64,000 bases of DNA, from contig OZ024756.1 in the NCBI GenBank assembly GCA_964016885.1, positions 25,110,001 through 25,174,000 on the forward strand. Reading direction: 5' to 3'. The stretch comes from Eledone cirrhosa (lineage: Eukaryota). The notes under the pieces are model-generated. The model made no database searches, was not told the origin of the DNA, and saw nothing but the letters and a program-made list of their open reading frames with translations. Each line of letters begins with the position of its first letter. Position 1 is the stretch's first letter. Both the position numbers and the translations under genes were made by a program. Shown one piece after another: positions 14,121-29,355 of the stretch.

Positions 14121-15003
14121 TACTTTGAATAAATAATGAATGAATATTACAGAATTTATGTGCTAAATTTCGTAACTCTTGATTAAATATATTTTATTGC
14201 TTATTTAAAGATTCACTTCTTTAAAATGTTCAAATGTCAACACTTCCGGTTAGCGATCGCCTAAATAAACATACATATATTTCCGTCACTAATTTTCTCC
14301 TAATGCAGTTTATATATAATATCGTCTTTTTTAAATGTATCATGGATTACTTTACTGATTACATAAGAGAGTGTAACTCAGTCTCTCTTCAATTTCTGTG
14401 CATATTCTCAATTACGATTTTATTTGACATGTTATATCTACATGCATATATATTTGCGTATAATATCAACATGCACACTACACATGCTAGCAGAAAACCA
14501 CCCGACGAGTGGTTCTTCCTGCTAGTTTTTCTAATATTGGTTATTCCAGTGTCTTCGAATGATTAATGCTTTTTTTTATTATTCCAGAAACCATGATCGG
14601 GGAACTCTGTGTAAAACCGATATATTTTAATCTGTCCAGGAAAAACTTGAACCGTTAAGATCTTATTCCTGGATATGTCAATATTTATAAAACAAACTTT
14701 GTATTTTATCTGATGAGAGCGTACCAAAATGTTGGTACCCTTGAAATATATATAATAGAATAAATATGGTTTTATAAATCTAGTTTCCATTTATTTAATA
14801 TCATTGATATATATATATATAAAAAACGAGGAAGTTTCGTTTACATATGAAAAATATTTATTGCGTACTAACCTGTTACGCGTGTTTCACCGAGGATTGG
14901 CTCAAGGTGACCCATAGGAGTTATGGACCCAACTGCAGTATCGATCTGCTCCTCAAACTGGTGATGCGACAAAATATATATTTTTTGTGGTATGTGGGTC
15001 GAG

Positions 15004-15045
<42 letters not shown>

Positions 15046-15046
15046 C

Positions 15047-15137
<91 letters not shown>

Positions 15138-15316
15138 AAGTAGTTTGCTTGAAGCATTGTATATAATATATAACGTTGAATGCGATAGAAGGCTAAACAA
15201 TGCAAAATGAACTATAAGATGAGGTAACGAAGAGTAAGTTACCTGGTAATCTTTGTTTTGTCTTGTTTTTTGTTGTTCTTGTACTTGTTTCTGTCCAATA
15301 TATATATATATATATA

Positions 15317-15500
15317 TAACGAAGGAGTTGTGGTAAGGAACCAGATGGACCATAACGCACTAGAGTACTCAATAGTAGTATAGTGGGTAATAGGAAAAAG
15401 TATGACCCCGACGGCAGAGCTCTAGCCGTCTCGACGGCTATTTCTGGACTATTGGGTTGTCAAGTATGAAATTTGTAGAAATTTGTTGGGGGTTTTTTCT
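15317..15500 (-). mobile_element. Family A copy without fold-back
   Basis: aacgaaggagttgtggtaaggaaccagatggaccataacgcac...gctatttctggacta matches the other copies. Confidence 0.7.
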
Positions 15501-16018
15501 ACAAATTTCATACTTGGCGACGCAATATATATATATTGTCGTCTGCTTTGTTTGAAATTTCTTTATGTATACTAGCAGAAAAACCGCCTCCGGTAGTGCG
15601 CATATTAATATTATACGCAAATATATATATATATATATAAATTGAAAAGTAAATTGACAATATCTTCTTCTTCTTCGCCCACTTATTTCTGAGAGGGTCA
15701 TGGGGGCAGAGTCATTCTCAAACACTCCTTCCAATGAGTCTGTCGGAAGCAAACACTTCTAACTGATCCAGCTGGATCCCAAAGCTTGACCAGCCAAGCT
15801 CATGAATGTTATCCAACTATCTTGCTCAGAGTCTACCTCTGGGTCTCTTGCCGGTTGGTTTTGCCTGTAAAATGTGTCCAGCGATTCTTTACTGAGACAT
15901 TCTAACCACATGCTGATAATATCGGAGTAGCGGCTCTACCAGGAGTGACTCTCTGGTCTTTGAGCTATGGCCTTTATCGAGTAACGTTACTCCAAAGACC
16001 TTTCGGAGGAATCCCAGT

Positions 16019-17848
<1,830 letters not shown>

Positions 17849-19292
17849 CTATCTTTCTGTATCTCTCTCATCACACACTCTCCCTTTCTATATATATGGT
17901 AGTTGAAGTGGTGGTGGTGGCGACGATATACCGGAAGTGTAGCAATTTGAAACTTTGAAAAGAAGTCAATTTTAAATAAGCAATAAAATTATTTATATTA
18001 AATTTAATAAAAAATTACGAAATTTAGTACATAAATTATGTAATATTCATTCAATATTTATTCAAAGTAATCGAACTTATTTTACTAACTGGATTAAAAG
18101 AAATAAACCGTACGCAGTCCCGCACTCCTTACTTTATTATAGTTAAGATTTCTGATAAGTTGTTGCTTCGTTTTGGAGGACTGAGTTGTGGTAGGAGGAA
18201 GGGGAGTAGTGGGAGGGAGGGTTTAACATACAGTATTAGTATCTCCTCTTCCCTATCTCACTGTAACGTCTTCTCTTTCCTCCTCCATTGTAAAGATTTC
18301 CCCAGGGGTTCCATTATTGATTTTTATGGAAATCCAATTAGCCAGTCCTGTTTCTGAATATTAGCTGTGTAAAGTATATGTGTGTAAAGTTTCATCAGGA
18401 TCGGATCACTGGTGTAGGCGTCAACTGGTTATACACAGATTACACAGATACACAGATAGAAATTGCCATTTATATAAGATCCCGTTAAGAGTGAAAGCAG
18501 CGATTCTTTGCTTAAACTTTAATCTGTTATTTTATCTATTGTTTCTTCATAGGTGCCTTTTAATCTTATAGCCTTGTTTAATTGATTTTTTTGTATGGTT
18601 GATTATGCTGATTGGGAGAGGAAATACTGTATATATTTTATCAAATGATTCTATGGACGTACTTTCTTGTATATATATATATTTATATATATATTATAAA
18701 TAAAATATGTAAAATAAACATTTCAATTGATAATGTGATTACTTATTCAAAGAGCTAATTGATTTTATGAGTAATAGTTATATGTATATATTGATCGTCG
18801 TAATGCAGAATATGTCATAAAACAAAGATTAATACATAAAAGCGGTCGTCTGAAAATGACTGGAAGAATCAGACATTGTTCATATTATCAACACCTGCAA
18901 GAAACTTGTGAAGTATTTGGTATTACATCGTTTCCTTATTTGCTTCAGAAATTCAGAAATGAACTTTTGTCTGCACAATCTTCTAAATGTCAGATTCAAA
19001 TCAGTAACACATTTTATTCTGAATTTTTCATCTGTTCACTGGTCAAATCTTTAATAACCAAATGAGAAGTAGAATGGGTTTATAGATATATAAATATATT
19101 GATATACGAATGTATGGTATAAAGGGTGCTGATATATGTATGAATATGCCTCATGTATTTATGCATGGGGATTCTCTGTGTAGGCTGTTATACAACAGGA
19201 TTCATGGTATGAAGAAATTATAGATGATGAATTAGGGATTACGTCGAAAGAATGGTACAGGGAATAGTACACACGCACACATATATATATAG

Positions 19293-19369
<77 letters not shown>

Positions 19370-19370
<1 letters not shown>

Positions 19371-19548
19371 ATTGTTTCTACGTTAGGCACAAGGCCAGCA
19401 ATTACCCAGTGCATTACTGGTACTTTATTTTATCGACCCCGTAAGGATGGAAGGCAAAGTCAACCTCGGCGGGATTTGAACTCAGATCGTAAAGGGACGT
19501 AACTATGCTGGAAAGCATGGCGTCCGACCCTCTACCGATACTGCCAAT
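19370..19548 (-). mobile_element. tRNA-derived SINE copy
   Basis: Colinear with 13938-14120. Confidence 0.9.
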
Positions 19549-19549
19549 A

Positions 19550-20250
19550 AATAAATACATTATCGGAGGAAGCTTTTTAGCGATACTCCGGCCAAATCCC
19601 AACTCACTCAACAAACATTAAGAAATAAGTGAGTATATTCCTAATTAAACGTTCGGGCTGCTAACTAATTGTATTGTGTGGAAAATTGGCTGTATTATTT
19701 CATATGAGATATATCAAATATATCTCTTCCCAAACGGACGTCTCGTTTCATTATAAGATTCCTACAAATTTGGGTGAAATTATAGCAATTTATGCAGAAG
19801 CTTGTATAAGATCAACAGATGCTTATCCAAGTGGGCTCTTATAATTCTTCAGTGGGTGCCCAATAATACTAATATTGATAATCAAATCAACATCAGTATT
19901 TAGCGATAATCACCATCAGTGCCTGAGGTATCTGCTAGGTTGCTACTCTAGCAGTTCTAAAGAAATACTCAAACTGATTAAAAAATGAGGAAGTATATTA
20001 CCGCAAAAAAAAACAATACATGCGCAGGACAATAAATTCTAAAAGCCACGTGCTAGAACTCAATTGGAATTTGAAAAATATCCATGTGTGTACATCGTTT
20101 GAGAACACACACACATATTTTCTCTGGTAAAATAACAGAATGAGATAGAAGAAACAATCAATATTCATATATAAAAAAATAAATAAAGTGGGTCAAATAT
20201 TATATTGGGAATTTCAAAAATCTGTTGCACCAAGAGTAAGTAAATTCATA
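19550..20250 (-). mobile_element. Non-coding HHR-carrying element, diverged sister of 56109-56896
   Basis: Colinear reverse complement of 56150-56893; HHR at 19729-19856 (CTGAAGA, 9-bp stem II attataaga/tcttataat, GAAA, GUC; 4-nt insertion before stem I). Confidence 0.75.
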
Positions 20251-20291
20251 TATTACTAAACAAAAAAAGTCACACCTTTTATCAAGAAATT

Positions 20292-20335
<44 letters not shown>

Positions 20336-20617
20336 TGGATGTATGTATGTTTGTATATGTTTGTATATGTCGTAGCGAAGTCTTATAGGTGGCCCATTGT
20401 ACAGTTAACAGTTCAAAGAAGAAAACTACAGTGAATACATACAATAAAATCCAGATACCATCATGAATTTCCAGTTAACTAGGTACGTGGAAATGTTTTT
20501 CACCTTAAATCTTTTATTATTTAATATCTATACTAGTTTCACTCAAAAGACTGCTGCCATGTTGCGGCACCACATTGAAAAGATTTCGTCAATTCTATAA
20601 ACATAACACATAAATAT

Positions 20618-20850
20618 ATGATCGTTGCAAACTCGTGTTCGAGCTTGCCATCGTCCGATAAAATGCTCAAAAATGTGAGGCACGAATGTGGCTCTTTAAA
20701 CCAACCAAAGACTTGCACCCTCTGGTACATACATGGCAACTGTATGCTCCTCTGGAACTTTCCATTGCTTTGTTCTGGCTGTGTGTTCTCATGTCTCTTT
20801 CAAGACCTCCCATGCTAGCACATTCCTTGCCACATTCCTTACACCTTTTC
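20618..20850 (-). mobile_element. RTE LINE 3' end with two C2H2 fingers and terminal stem-loop
   Basis: CKECGKECASMGGL..MRTH, CHVCTRGCKSLVGLKSHIRASH; ctcg-aaca-cgag hairpin before the tail. Confidence 0.75.
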
Positions 20851-20979
20851 AGTTCATAATTTACATATATACATATATACATACACACTTACGTATGTGT
20901 ATATAAATGATATACGGTATTTTTACGAATAAACGTTTGGAAAGCCTTCGAGCTATGAATATTGAAAAGTTGACGGCTC

Positions 20980-21135
20980 AGACACCATGCTTTGCAGTAT
21001 AGAGTTATGGGCCTTTATGGTCTGAGTTCAAATCCAGCCGAGGTTAACTTTGCCTTTCATTATTACGGGGTCGATAAAATAAAGTACCAGTGATGCACTG
21101 GGGTAATCGCTGGCCTTGTGCCAAACGTAGAAACT
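20980..21135 (+). mobile_element. tRNA-derived SINE copy, 5'-truncated
   Basis: ctgagttcaaatcc...ggggtcgataaaataaagtaccag...gtagaaac. Confidence 0.85.
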
Positions 21136-22004
21136 ATATATATCATTATCTATAAAAGGCAGATTTTTGTGTCTGTATGTATGTTTCAATTTTATACATT
21201 TACACAATTCCAAAAATATTGAATGAATAATCAAGCAGAATGTTTACAAATATTCTAACTTGGGTCATGGGCGAACTTATTGGGTAAAAAATGCCACACT
21301 TACGGAAAAATCGATTTATTTCAAAAATCGACGATTTCTCCTCTCTCATATGATATACGTTTCCTATATCTACTCCCTTCATCACCTCCCCTTAAAATTG
21401 CTACCTTCTCTTATAAGTGTTTGTGAAAAAGAGAAACATTGAAAAAAAACATATACACACATATATGTGGGTGCATACACACACATATTTGTTGGTATGG
21501 TTACGATTGACGTCATAGAAACAGGAACGCGGGAATTTCATTCAATCAACGCATACGCAGTTTGTTTTAGAAATAACAATAGCATATAATGATAAAGAGA
21601 TCGGCCTTACACTTTCAAACTAAATTTTTCTATATAAGTAACTTTAACCCTTTATTTTCGACATAAAAATACACACATACATACAAATACCTGTAAATTT
21701 TTTTTGGGGGGGGCCTTTCTTATCAATCTTTTTACATTCAATTATCAGCCTTATACTTTCAAAGTCAATTTTTATGTTGAAGTAACTTTCAACCTTTAAT
21801 ACATACATACATACATACATACATACATACATACATACATACATACATACATACATGATGGCTGCCCCCTCGTTATCGAGTATGGTCATTGCATGAGAAA
21901 AAAAATAAATAATAAAAAATAAAAAATAATAATAATAATAATAGTAATAATAATAATAATAATAATAATATGTTCATAATAGTAATAATAATAATAACAA
22001 TAAT

Positions 22005-24629
22005 ATGTTCAAAAACAACCAAAGAAACTTCTACAGAAAAATTGGTAAGTCAACAATAACTGCTAAATCAATACCACCAAGGAGGAAGTGCAAGAATTCT
22101 GGGAAAAGATCTGGGCCGAAGAAAAAGTTCATAACATACATGCCCCATGGATAGACAGACAAATGAAAGATACAGCTCACCTTGAGGAACAAACATGGGA
22201 AAATATAACAGTTGAACAGTTGCGCTTGGCTCTAAGAAAAACCAGCAAATGGAAATCCCCAGGAAAAGACAAAATACAAAACTTTTGGATAAATGCCTTC
22301 ACAGAGTCTCATGAGCTGTTAGCCCAACTTTACAATGAAATAGTTAAGGAGCCAGAAAAGATACCATCATGGCTAGTTAACGGCATTACATTCCTGCTTC
22401 CGAAGAATGATGAGACAAACAATCCCAAAAATTACAGACCGATAACTTGCTTGACCACAATGTATAAAATTTTAAATCAGTCCTAACTGAATACACATAT
22501 GACCACCTGATAACAAATGACCTATTTCCCATTCAGCAGAAAGGGTGTAAACGAGGCTCATATGGCTGTAAGGATCAGCTTCTGGTTAACAAAATGATAC
22601 TGGAAGATTGTCATAATAGACACAAAAATCTATCGATTGCTTGGATAGATTATAAAAAAGCATTCGATAGTTTGCCACACAGTTGGATTGAAAAATGTTT
22701 AGAGATTTTCAAAATATCCCCCGTTGTCAGGAGGTTTTTGTCATTCAGTATGAAGACATGGAAAACGACACTCCTTTTGAATAGTGAAACAAAATCACTG
22801 GAAGCTGGAGAAGTTAATATTAATTGTGGAATTTTTCAGGGTGACTCTTTATCACCGCTTTTATTCTGCATCGCACTTATACCATTAAGTAAAATGCTCA
22901 ATGAAACAAAACATGGATATAAAGTCTATGACAAAACCATTAATCACCTGTTCTACATGGATGACCTGAAACTATTTGCAAAAAATGATGAACAATTGCA
23001 AGGGCTATTATCCACTGTGAAGCAGTTCAGTGATGACATTAAAATGGAGTTTGGACTAGATAAATGCGCCAAAGCAACGTTCACCAGAGGAAAGCTGCTG
23101 AAGAGTTCAGACATTAATCTTGATCGGGGGAACGTGATAAGAGAACTTGATCAAGAAAAAACTTACAAATATGTAGGTGTTTGTGAAGGAGACGGAATCA
23201 AGCACTCGACAATGAGGGAAAGGATAAGGAAGGAATGTTACCGCAGAGTAAGAGCAATCTTAAGAACGGAATTGAATGCAAGGAATAGGATCGATGCCAT
23301 AAACACGCTTGCCATACCAGTAGTAACCTACAGTTACAATGTCATCAACTGGTCAAGCACAGAGATCCGTAGGCTCGATACAAAAATTCGAAAATTCTTA
23401 ACCATGCACAGAATGCATCACCCTAAGATATAGATAGAATATATCTCCCCAGGAAAGAAGGAGGACGTGGGTTAATCCAGTTAGACATTGCGTTGAAAAC
23501 TGCAACAATTGGATTATCTACATATCTAAGGGAATCACATGATTGGATGATCAAACTCGTTTTGAAACACGAAAGCATCAAAAGATCATATTCCATTACA
23601 AAAGATGCACAAAGATACAGTAATGGACTACAAATTTCAGAAGTCCCATTTACTGCTGAAATGGAAAACACAGAAAAAGCAAAGCAGGTAAAAGTAACTG
23701 CAAAGAAAGAACTGCTACAGAAACTGGCTAAGAAATGGCAAGAAAAGCCTCTGTATGGAAAATACCCAGAGCGAGCTAACAATCCTGATGTTGACAAAAC
23801 TTTAACCCATCAGTGGTTGGCATCCTCTGGACTGAAATCGGAGACTGAAGGACTGATTATATCGGCACAAGATCAGTGTCTACCAACAAAAAATTACCAA
23901 GCCAACATAATAAAAAATGGGTGCAGCCCATTATGCCGTGTATGCAAAAAACAACCATATAATTTCAATGTGCAGTCCTATAGCTCCAACCGAATACCTA
24001 AACAGGCATGACAGAGCTGCACAATACATACATTGGATAATGTGTAAGCATTTTGACCTGCCCCATCAAAAGAATTGGTGGGAGCATCAACCACCTCCCA
24101 TACTTGAAAAAGATCACATCTCAATCTTGTGGAACTTTAGCATCCAAACAGACCGAAAAATAGATGCAAATAGACCTGATATAATATTGAAGGTCTTTCA
24201 AAAGAGGGTATGCCTGCTAATTGATATGTCTGTTCCAATAGACAAGAATGTATCTATAAAAACATTTGAAAAATTGAGCAAGTATAAGGACCTGGAGATA
24301 GAAATTGGAAAAATGTGGAAATTGAGAACTAAAACAATACCAGTGGTTGTAGGCGCTCTGGGAATGATACCTAAGGGGTCTAATGACTACTTATCGCAAA
24401 TCCCAGGAAACCCGCGTATAGGAGAAATACAAAAGATAGTACTAATGGGAACTGCCCATATACTAAGGAAGATTCTGTCAATATAAGTACATCACAAGTC
24501 TAAACACTAAAGATGCATGTGTGAATATGTATGTTCTTTCTTGAACATGGCGGACCTTGTTGTCTCTTGAGGTCACTGGTTGTGACTTGGTGATAACTCG
24601 TATGAACATAAAGCAAGATAAATGCAACT

Positions 24630-24661
<32 letters not shown>
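22005..24661 (+). mobile_element. 5'-truncated R4/Dong-clade LINE (RT + zinc knuckle + RLE), frameshifted, in (TAA)n
   Basis: KSPGKD, YRPITCL, WIDYKKAFDS, GIFQGDSLSP, FYMDD, CRVC, RHD, RPDI, KLSKY; (TAA)n at both ends. Confidence 0.9.
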
Positions 24662-24666
<5 letters not shown>

Positions 24667-24908
24667 TTTAAAAAAATAAAAAAAACAAGAAATATATATA
24701 TATATATATACATATACACACACACACACACACACACTCACACACACACACATACACACATACATTAATAACAATAATAATAATAATAATAATAATAACA
24801 ACAATAATAATAACGACAACAGCAATAATAATATACATATACATATATTTATACACACACACTCACACACATGAGCATATCTACACACACACACACACAC
24901 GATAGCAA

Positions 24909-25661
24909 CTAACAGCGCTGCGATCGAATGTGGCTTTTTAGCCCAGCCAATGATCTAAAATGTCTTGCACAGAGTCGGCAACCAAAACATTCACTGGGAA
25001 TAGTCGGCTGTGGTTGGAGTTCGTGTACTTTTGCATGTCGATTGAGCCCTCCTGCTGATTTACATTCTCTACCACATGTTTGGCAAGCATGATGAGTAGC
25101 ATCTCCAACAGCAGCCTGGTAGTCAACCACTGGTCTTACTTTATGACTGCGAAGATGATTTTCGAGTCCAGCTTTGCTTAGGCAGAGTCTCGCACAGACG
25201 CTGCATGCCAGCACCATAGGGGGACCCTCGCCGTCTGGAAGTGCAACAGCAATGCCCTTCCTCACATCCCGCTTTACTTTCTCGTATGCGATTCGAGATG
25301 CCTCAAAGGCAACTTTTCCCTCATATACAGTCTTTCTCCATTTATTACGATCAGCAGCAATATTCTCCCATGTATCAGCAGAGATGTTAGCGTCTTTCAG
25401 AGAGGCTTTCAAGGAATCCTTATACCTCTTTTTTGGTTTATGTGGCGGTCGTTTTCCTTTAACCAACTCTCCATAAAAGAGTTGTTTTGGTATTCTAGAA
25501 TCCTTCATCCTGGCAAGGTGACCACTCCAACGGAGTCGTTGCTTAAGCACAAGAGCTTCTATACTGTCACACATAGAGCTTTCCAAAATCTCGACATCAC
25601 TGATGTGGTCCCTCCAGTGAACGCCATGGATCCGTCTGAGACACATCTGATGGAAACGTTC
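24909..25661 (-). mobile_element. RTE LINE 3' portion with three C-terminal zinc fingers
   Basis: ERFHQMCLRRI..W, RLRWSGHLARM..SRIPKQLFYGEL, KRYKD; CSVC..HLRSH, CQTC..HAKVH, CRLC..HIRS. Confidence 0.85.
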
Positions 25662-25675
25662 CATACATACATACA

Positions 25676-25699
<24 letters not shown>

Positions 25700-25707
<8 letters not shown>

Positions 25708-25920
25708 CATATACACACATACACACAAATACCTGTCACTTAATTTACACACACATCGGCCTTACACTTTCATACACACATACATACATATACACACATA
25801 CAAATACCTGTCACTTAATTTACACACACATCGGCCTTACACTTTCATACACACATACATACATATACACACATACAAATACCTGTCACTTAATTTACAC
25901 ACACATCGGCCTGACACTTT
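25700..25920. repeat. Tandem repeat, ~74-bp unit x3, internal to the Helitron
   Basis: caaatacctgtcacttaatttacacacacatcggcct recurs three times. Confidence 0.85.
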
Positions 25921-26245
25921 CAAACTATATTTTTTATTTTTCTGTAGAAGTAACTTTAACCCTTTCTTTTCGACATAAAAATACACACATACATACAAAT
26001 ACCTGTACATTTTTTTTTGGGGGGGGGGGGGGCTTTCTTATCAATCTTTTTACATTCAATTATCAGCCTTATACGTTCAAAGTCAATTTTTATGTTGAAG
26101 TAACTTTCACCCTTTATTTTTCGATACCCATTTACTTACTAACATTTGTATCACAACAACAATAACAATATTCATAAACAGACAGTAGACTTTCAAAGTC
26201 AATTTTTCTGTAGAAGTAACTTTCACCCTTTCTTTTGGACATAAA

Positions 26246-27004
26246 ATGCCACCTAAAAAGAGAAGTCGCCTCAGTCGACATACCGCGTCAGCAGTGGCGC
26301 AAAAGGCTACTATAGCAAACGAGTCCTCTGAGGAAAATGCTTCAAGACTTTCACAGACAGCCTTACGTTCAGCAGCATGTCGAGCCGCTGAAAGTTTCCA
26401 ACAGCGCACCGCACGCCTAGCAAAAATGGCTTCATACCAGGCTTCTTCCAGGGCTTCAGAGAGCCGTGAACAAAGGTCGAAGCGCCTGGCTAGAAACGCT
26501 GCGACTAATGCTGCTTCCAGGTCTTTGGAACGTTTAAAACAACGGACGGCTCGCCTTCCTACGAACGCTGCGGCTATGACTACTTCCATGGCTTCTGAAG
26601 ATGCAGACGGGCGGTCCATTAGCATTGCAAATGTTGCTTCTGCTATTGCTGCCAGACCTTCCCACCAACCACACGACCAATGTTCTACGTTCAAGCGTAA
26701 CAGTCGACGGCGAGAAGCTGCACGCGGTGTGACGAGCCCCAACAGCCCTTACTGGCACCTACGGGCTTTCAAGTATGAGCAAAACGTTAATTACTCGATG
26801 CGCTCTGACATAAATATAGGCGAGATGCGCTTCAATTGCCAATTCTGCAATGCTACAAAGTGGGCTGGGGAGCCACCTGCAATGTGCTGCTTAAACGGTA
26901 AGGTCACCTTGCCCTCTCTTCCGGAACCGCCAGAGCCTTTGAATGAACTACTGACTGATTATACCTCAAGGTCAAACAAAAAAAACCCTGATCCCCCCCA
27001 ATAA
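26246..27004 (+). pseudogene. Helitron RepHel N-terminal region (charged repeats + Cys-rich zinc motif)
   Basis: MPPKKR..., ESREQRSKRLA-type repeats, IGEM...CQFCNATKW..E....CCLNGKV.LP. Confidence 0.8.
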
Positions 27005-27009
27005 AAAAC

Positions 27010-27995
27010 GCTCCTGAGGGTACCGGAAAAACTTTTGTAACGAATTTGATTCTCGCTAAGATTCGTCAGGAGAAAAAAGTTGCGTTGTCCGTTGCATCGT
27101 CCGGGATCGCTGCTACTTTGCTGCCGGGAGGCAGGACAGCACATTCAACCTTTAAACTCCCTTTGGATTTAGTAAAAACTGAGACACCAACATGCAATAT
27201 CAGCAAGAGTTCACACAAAGCTCTGGTTCTCAAAAGATGTTGCCTCATTGTTTGGGATGAGTGCGCAATGGCACACAAGGGTGCCCTTGAGGCATTGGAC
27301 AGGGCCCGGAAAGACATTAGGGATTCTACGGCTCCTATGGGTGGCGTAACCCTTCTGCTATCAGGGGATTTTCGGAAAACACTGCCTGTCATCCCCAAAT
27401 GGACAAGAGCTGATGAAGTGCGTGCCTGTCTTAAGTCGTCCATGTTGTGGCTCCAGGTGAATAGTTTGTACCTGAGCACAAATATGTGTGCTCATTTGCA
27501 TGGTGACAACATATCGTTAATTATCCGGTTGAGTTATTTCATCTCCTTGAGCCCCCAGGGCTCCCACCTCACATTATTAAGCTTAGGGTTGGCTGTCCCA
27601 TTATGCTAATAAGGAACTTGCGTCCACCAAAGCAGTGCAACGGTACTCGCATGGTCGTCAAGTCACTGACACCCAATTGATTGAGGCCACCATTGTAACG
27701 GGGGTGCGGAAGAGGGGAGAATGTTTTCATTCCAAGGATGAACCTTTTCCCCTCGGCGTCAGATATCCTGTTCGATTTCCGGCGATCCCAATTCCCGGTG
27801 AGACCATGTTTTGCCATGTCCATTAACAAGTCACAAGGGCAAACATTGTCGGTGGCGGGCATCCATTTGGGGGAGCCATGCTTCTCCCATGGCCAACTTT
27901 ATGTTGCCTGTTCCCGCGCAGGGAGCAGGAATGGACTTTTTGCTTACTCTGCTCAAGGGATGACACGCAATATCGTCTACAAAGAGGTGCTATAG
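27010..27995 (+). pseudogene. Helitron Pif1-family helicase, frameshifted and partly deleted
   Basis: GTGKT, VASSGIAATLL.GGRTAHS.F, WDEC.M, GDFR, QFPVRPCFAMSINKSQGQTL, FSHGQLYVACSR, TRNIVYKEVL. Confidence 0.9.
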
Positions 27996-28308
27996 ATGTT
28001 GGTGCAGGTGTTGGAGCTATGTCGTCTGGAACACTATTTCCTGGTAGGGTATCCCATGGCGGACAGATCTGACACCCAGCGGCATCAGGGCCACCATCTT
28101 GCAACTTTGGTCTACTAAATTCGCTATTGGAAGATTATTAACCCATCATTGATTGACCAAAATGCTAATTGGTTCGTAACTTTTAATAACCGGTTCAACT
28201 GCTTTATGCACTTAATTGATAAGCTTATTCGCTTTCAAACCACGTTTACCTGTATGTAACTTTTCATAGCAAATGAACAAACCCGAGCAACGCCGGGCTA
28301 AACTGCTA

Positions 28309-28345
<37 letters not shown>

Positions 28346-28370
28346 TGTAATAAACAACATAAGGCAATTA

Positions 28371-28431
28371 TTTCATTTACCAGTGGTTTCTTAAAAGCAA
28401 AAAAATTTTGCTTTCAATCATCAGAATGAAA
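28371..28431 (-). ncRNA. Type I hammerhead ribozyme, intact core
   Basis: Minus strand tttcatt-CTGATGA-ttgaaagcaaaa/ttttgcttttaa-GAAA-ccactgg-TA-aatgaaa; ~30-nt tail then (TA)n. Confidence 0.9.
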
Positions 28432-28867
28432 AAATCCTGGTGTATTTATTGACGTTGGATTTTAAAAACAAAAATGCAATCTATATGAAAGTGAGGCTGG
28501 AAAAGGAAGAAGAAAAGGAAAAATAAAATATAATATAAAAACACACATGCAAACACACACACACACACACACACACAATTATATACATACACATATATAT
28601 ATATATACATACACACATACATACACACACACATATACACACACACATGTATATATATGTGTATATATATACATACACATACATATACACATACATACAT
28701 ACACACATAAATATCAACATACACATACATATATACAACCACACACACACATATATATATATACACACATACATATACATACACATATACATACACATAC
28801 ATACATACATACATACATACATACATACACACAATCATACGTATATACGCACGTACATACATACACA

Positions 28868-28998
28868 TACATAACCATACAAATATACACATACATATAC
28901 ATACATATCACAAACACATACATACAAATACAAACACACACATATATATGTGTGTAAAACTCATTCCAGGATAATTCATATAAACCTTATTTAACTCT

Positions 28999-29086
<88 letters not shown>

Positions 29087-29123
29087 TACACATACATACA
29101 TACTCACATACACATATATACCT

Positions 29124-29155
<32 letters not shown>

Positions 29156-29291
29156 TTTAGAGTTAAATAAGGTTCATATGAATTATCTAAGAATGAGTTT
29201 TACACACACATATATATGTGTGTGTTTGTATTTGTATGTATGTGTTTGTGATATGTATGTATATGTATGTGTATATTTGTATGGTTATGTA

Positions 29292-29292
<1 letters not shown>
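28868..29292. repeat. Inverted repeat (~135-bp arms) around a (TA)n spacer
   Basis: ...aaaactcattccaggataattcatataaaccttatttaactctaaaata is mirrored from 29152. Confidence 0.75.

Positions 29293-29355
<63 letters not shown>

Larger units (their letters stand above)
21149..28309 (+). mobile_element. Internally deleted Helitron containing nested RTE and R4 insertions
   Basis: 5' A|TCtataaaaggc (21149); 3' cccg/cggg hairpin + CTAG|T (28306-28309); 21601-21800 is repeated at ~25905-26115 across the insertions; RepHel remnants. Confidence 0.7.

Noticed and set aside
18385-18405. CTGATGAAAC on the minus strand as a possible hammerhead
   Set aside because: No stem II between CTGATGA and GAAA and no stem I; it is part of a Helitron-type 5' subterminal motif.
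25700-25920. Regularly spaced repeats resembling a CRISPR array
   Set aside because: The units are whole tandem copies without unique spacers, in a eukaryotic Helitron with no cas genes.
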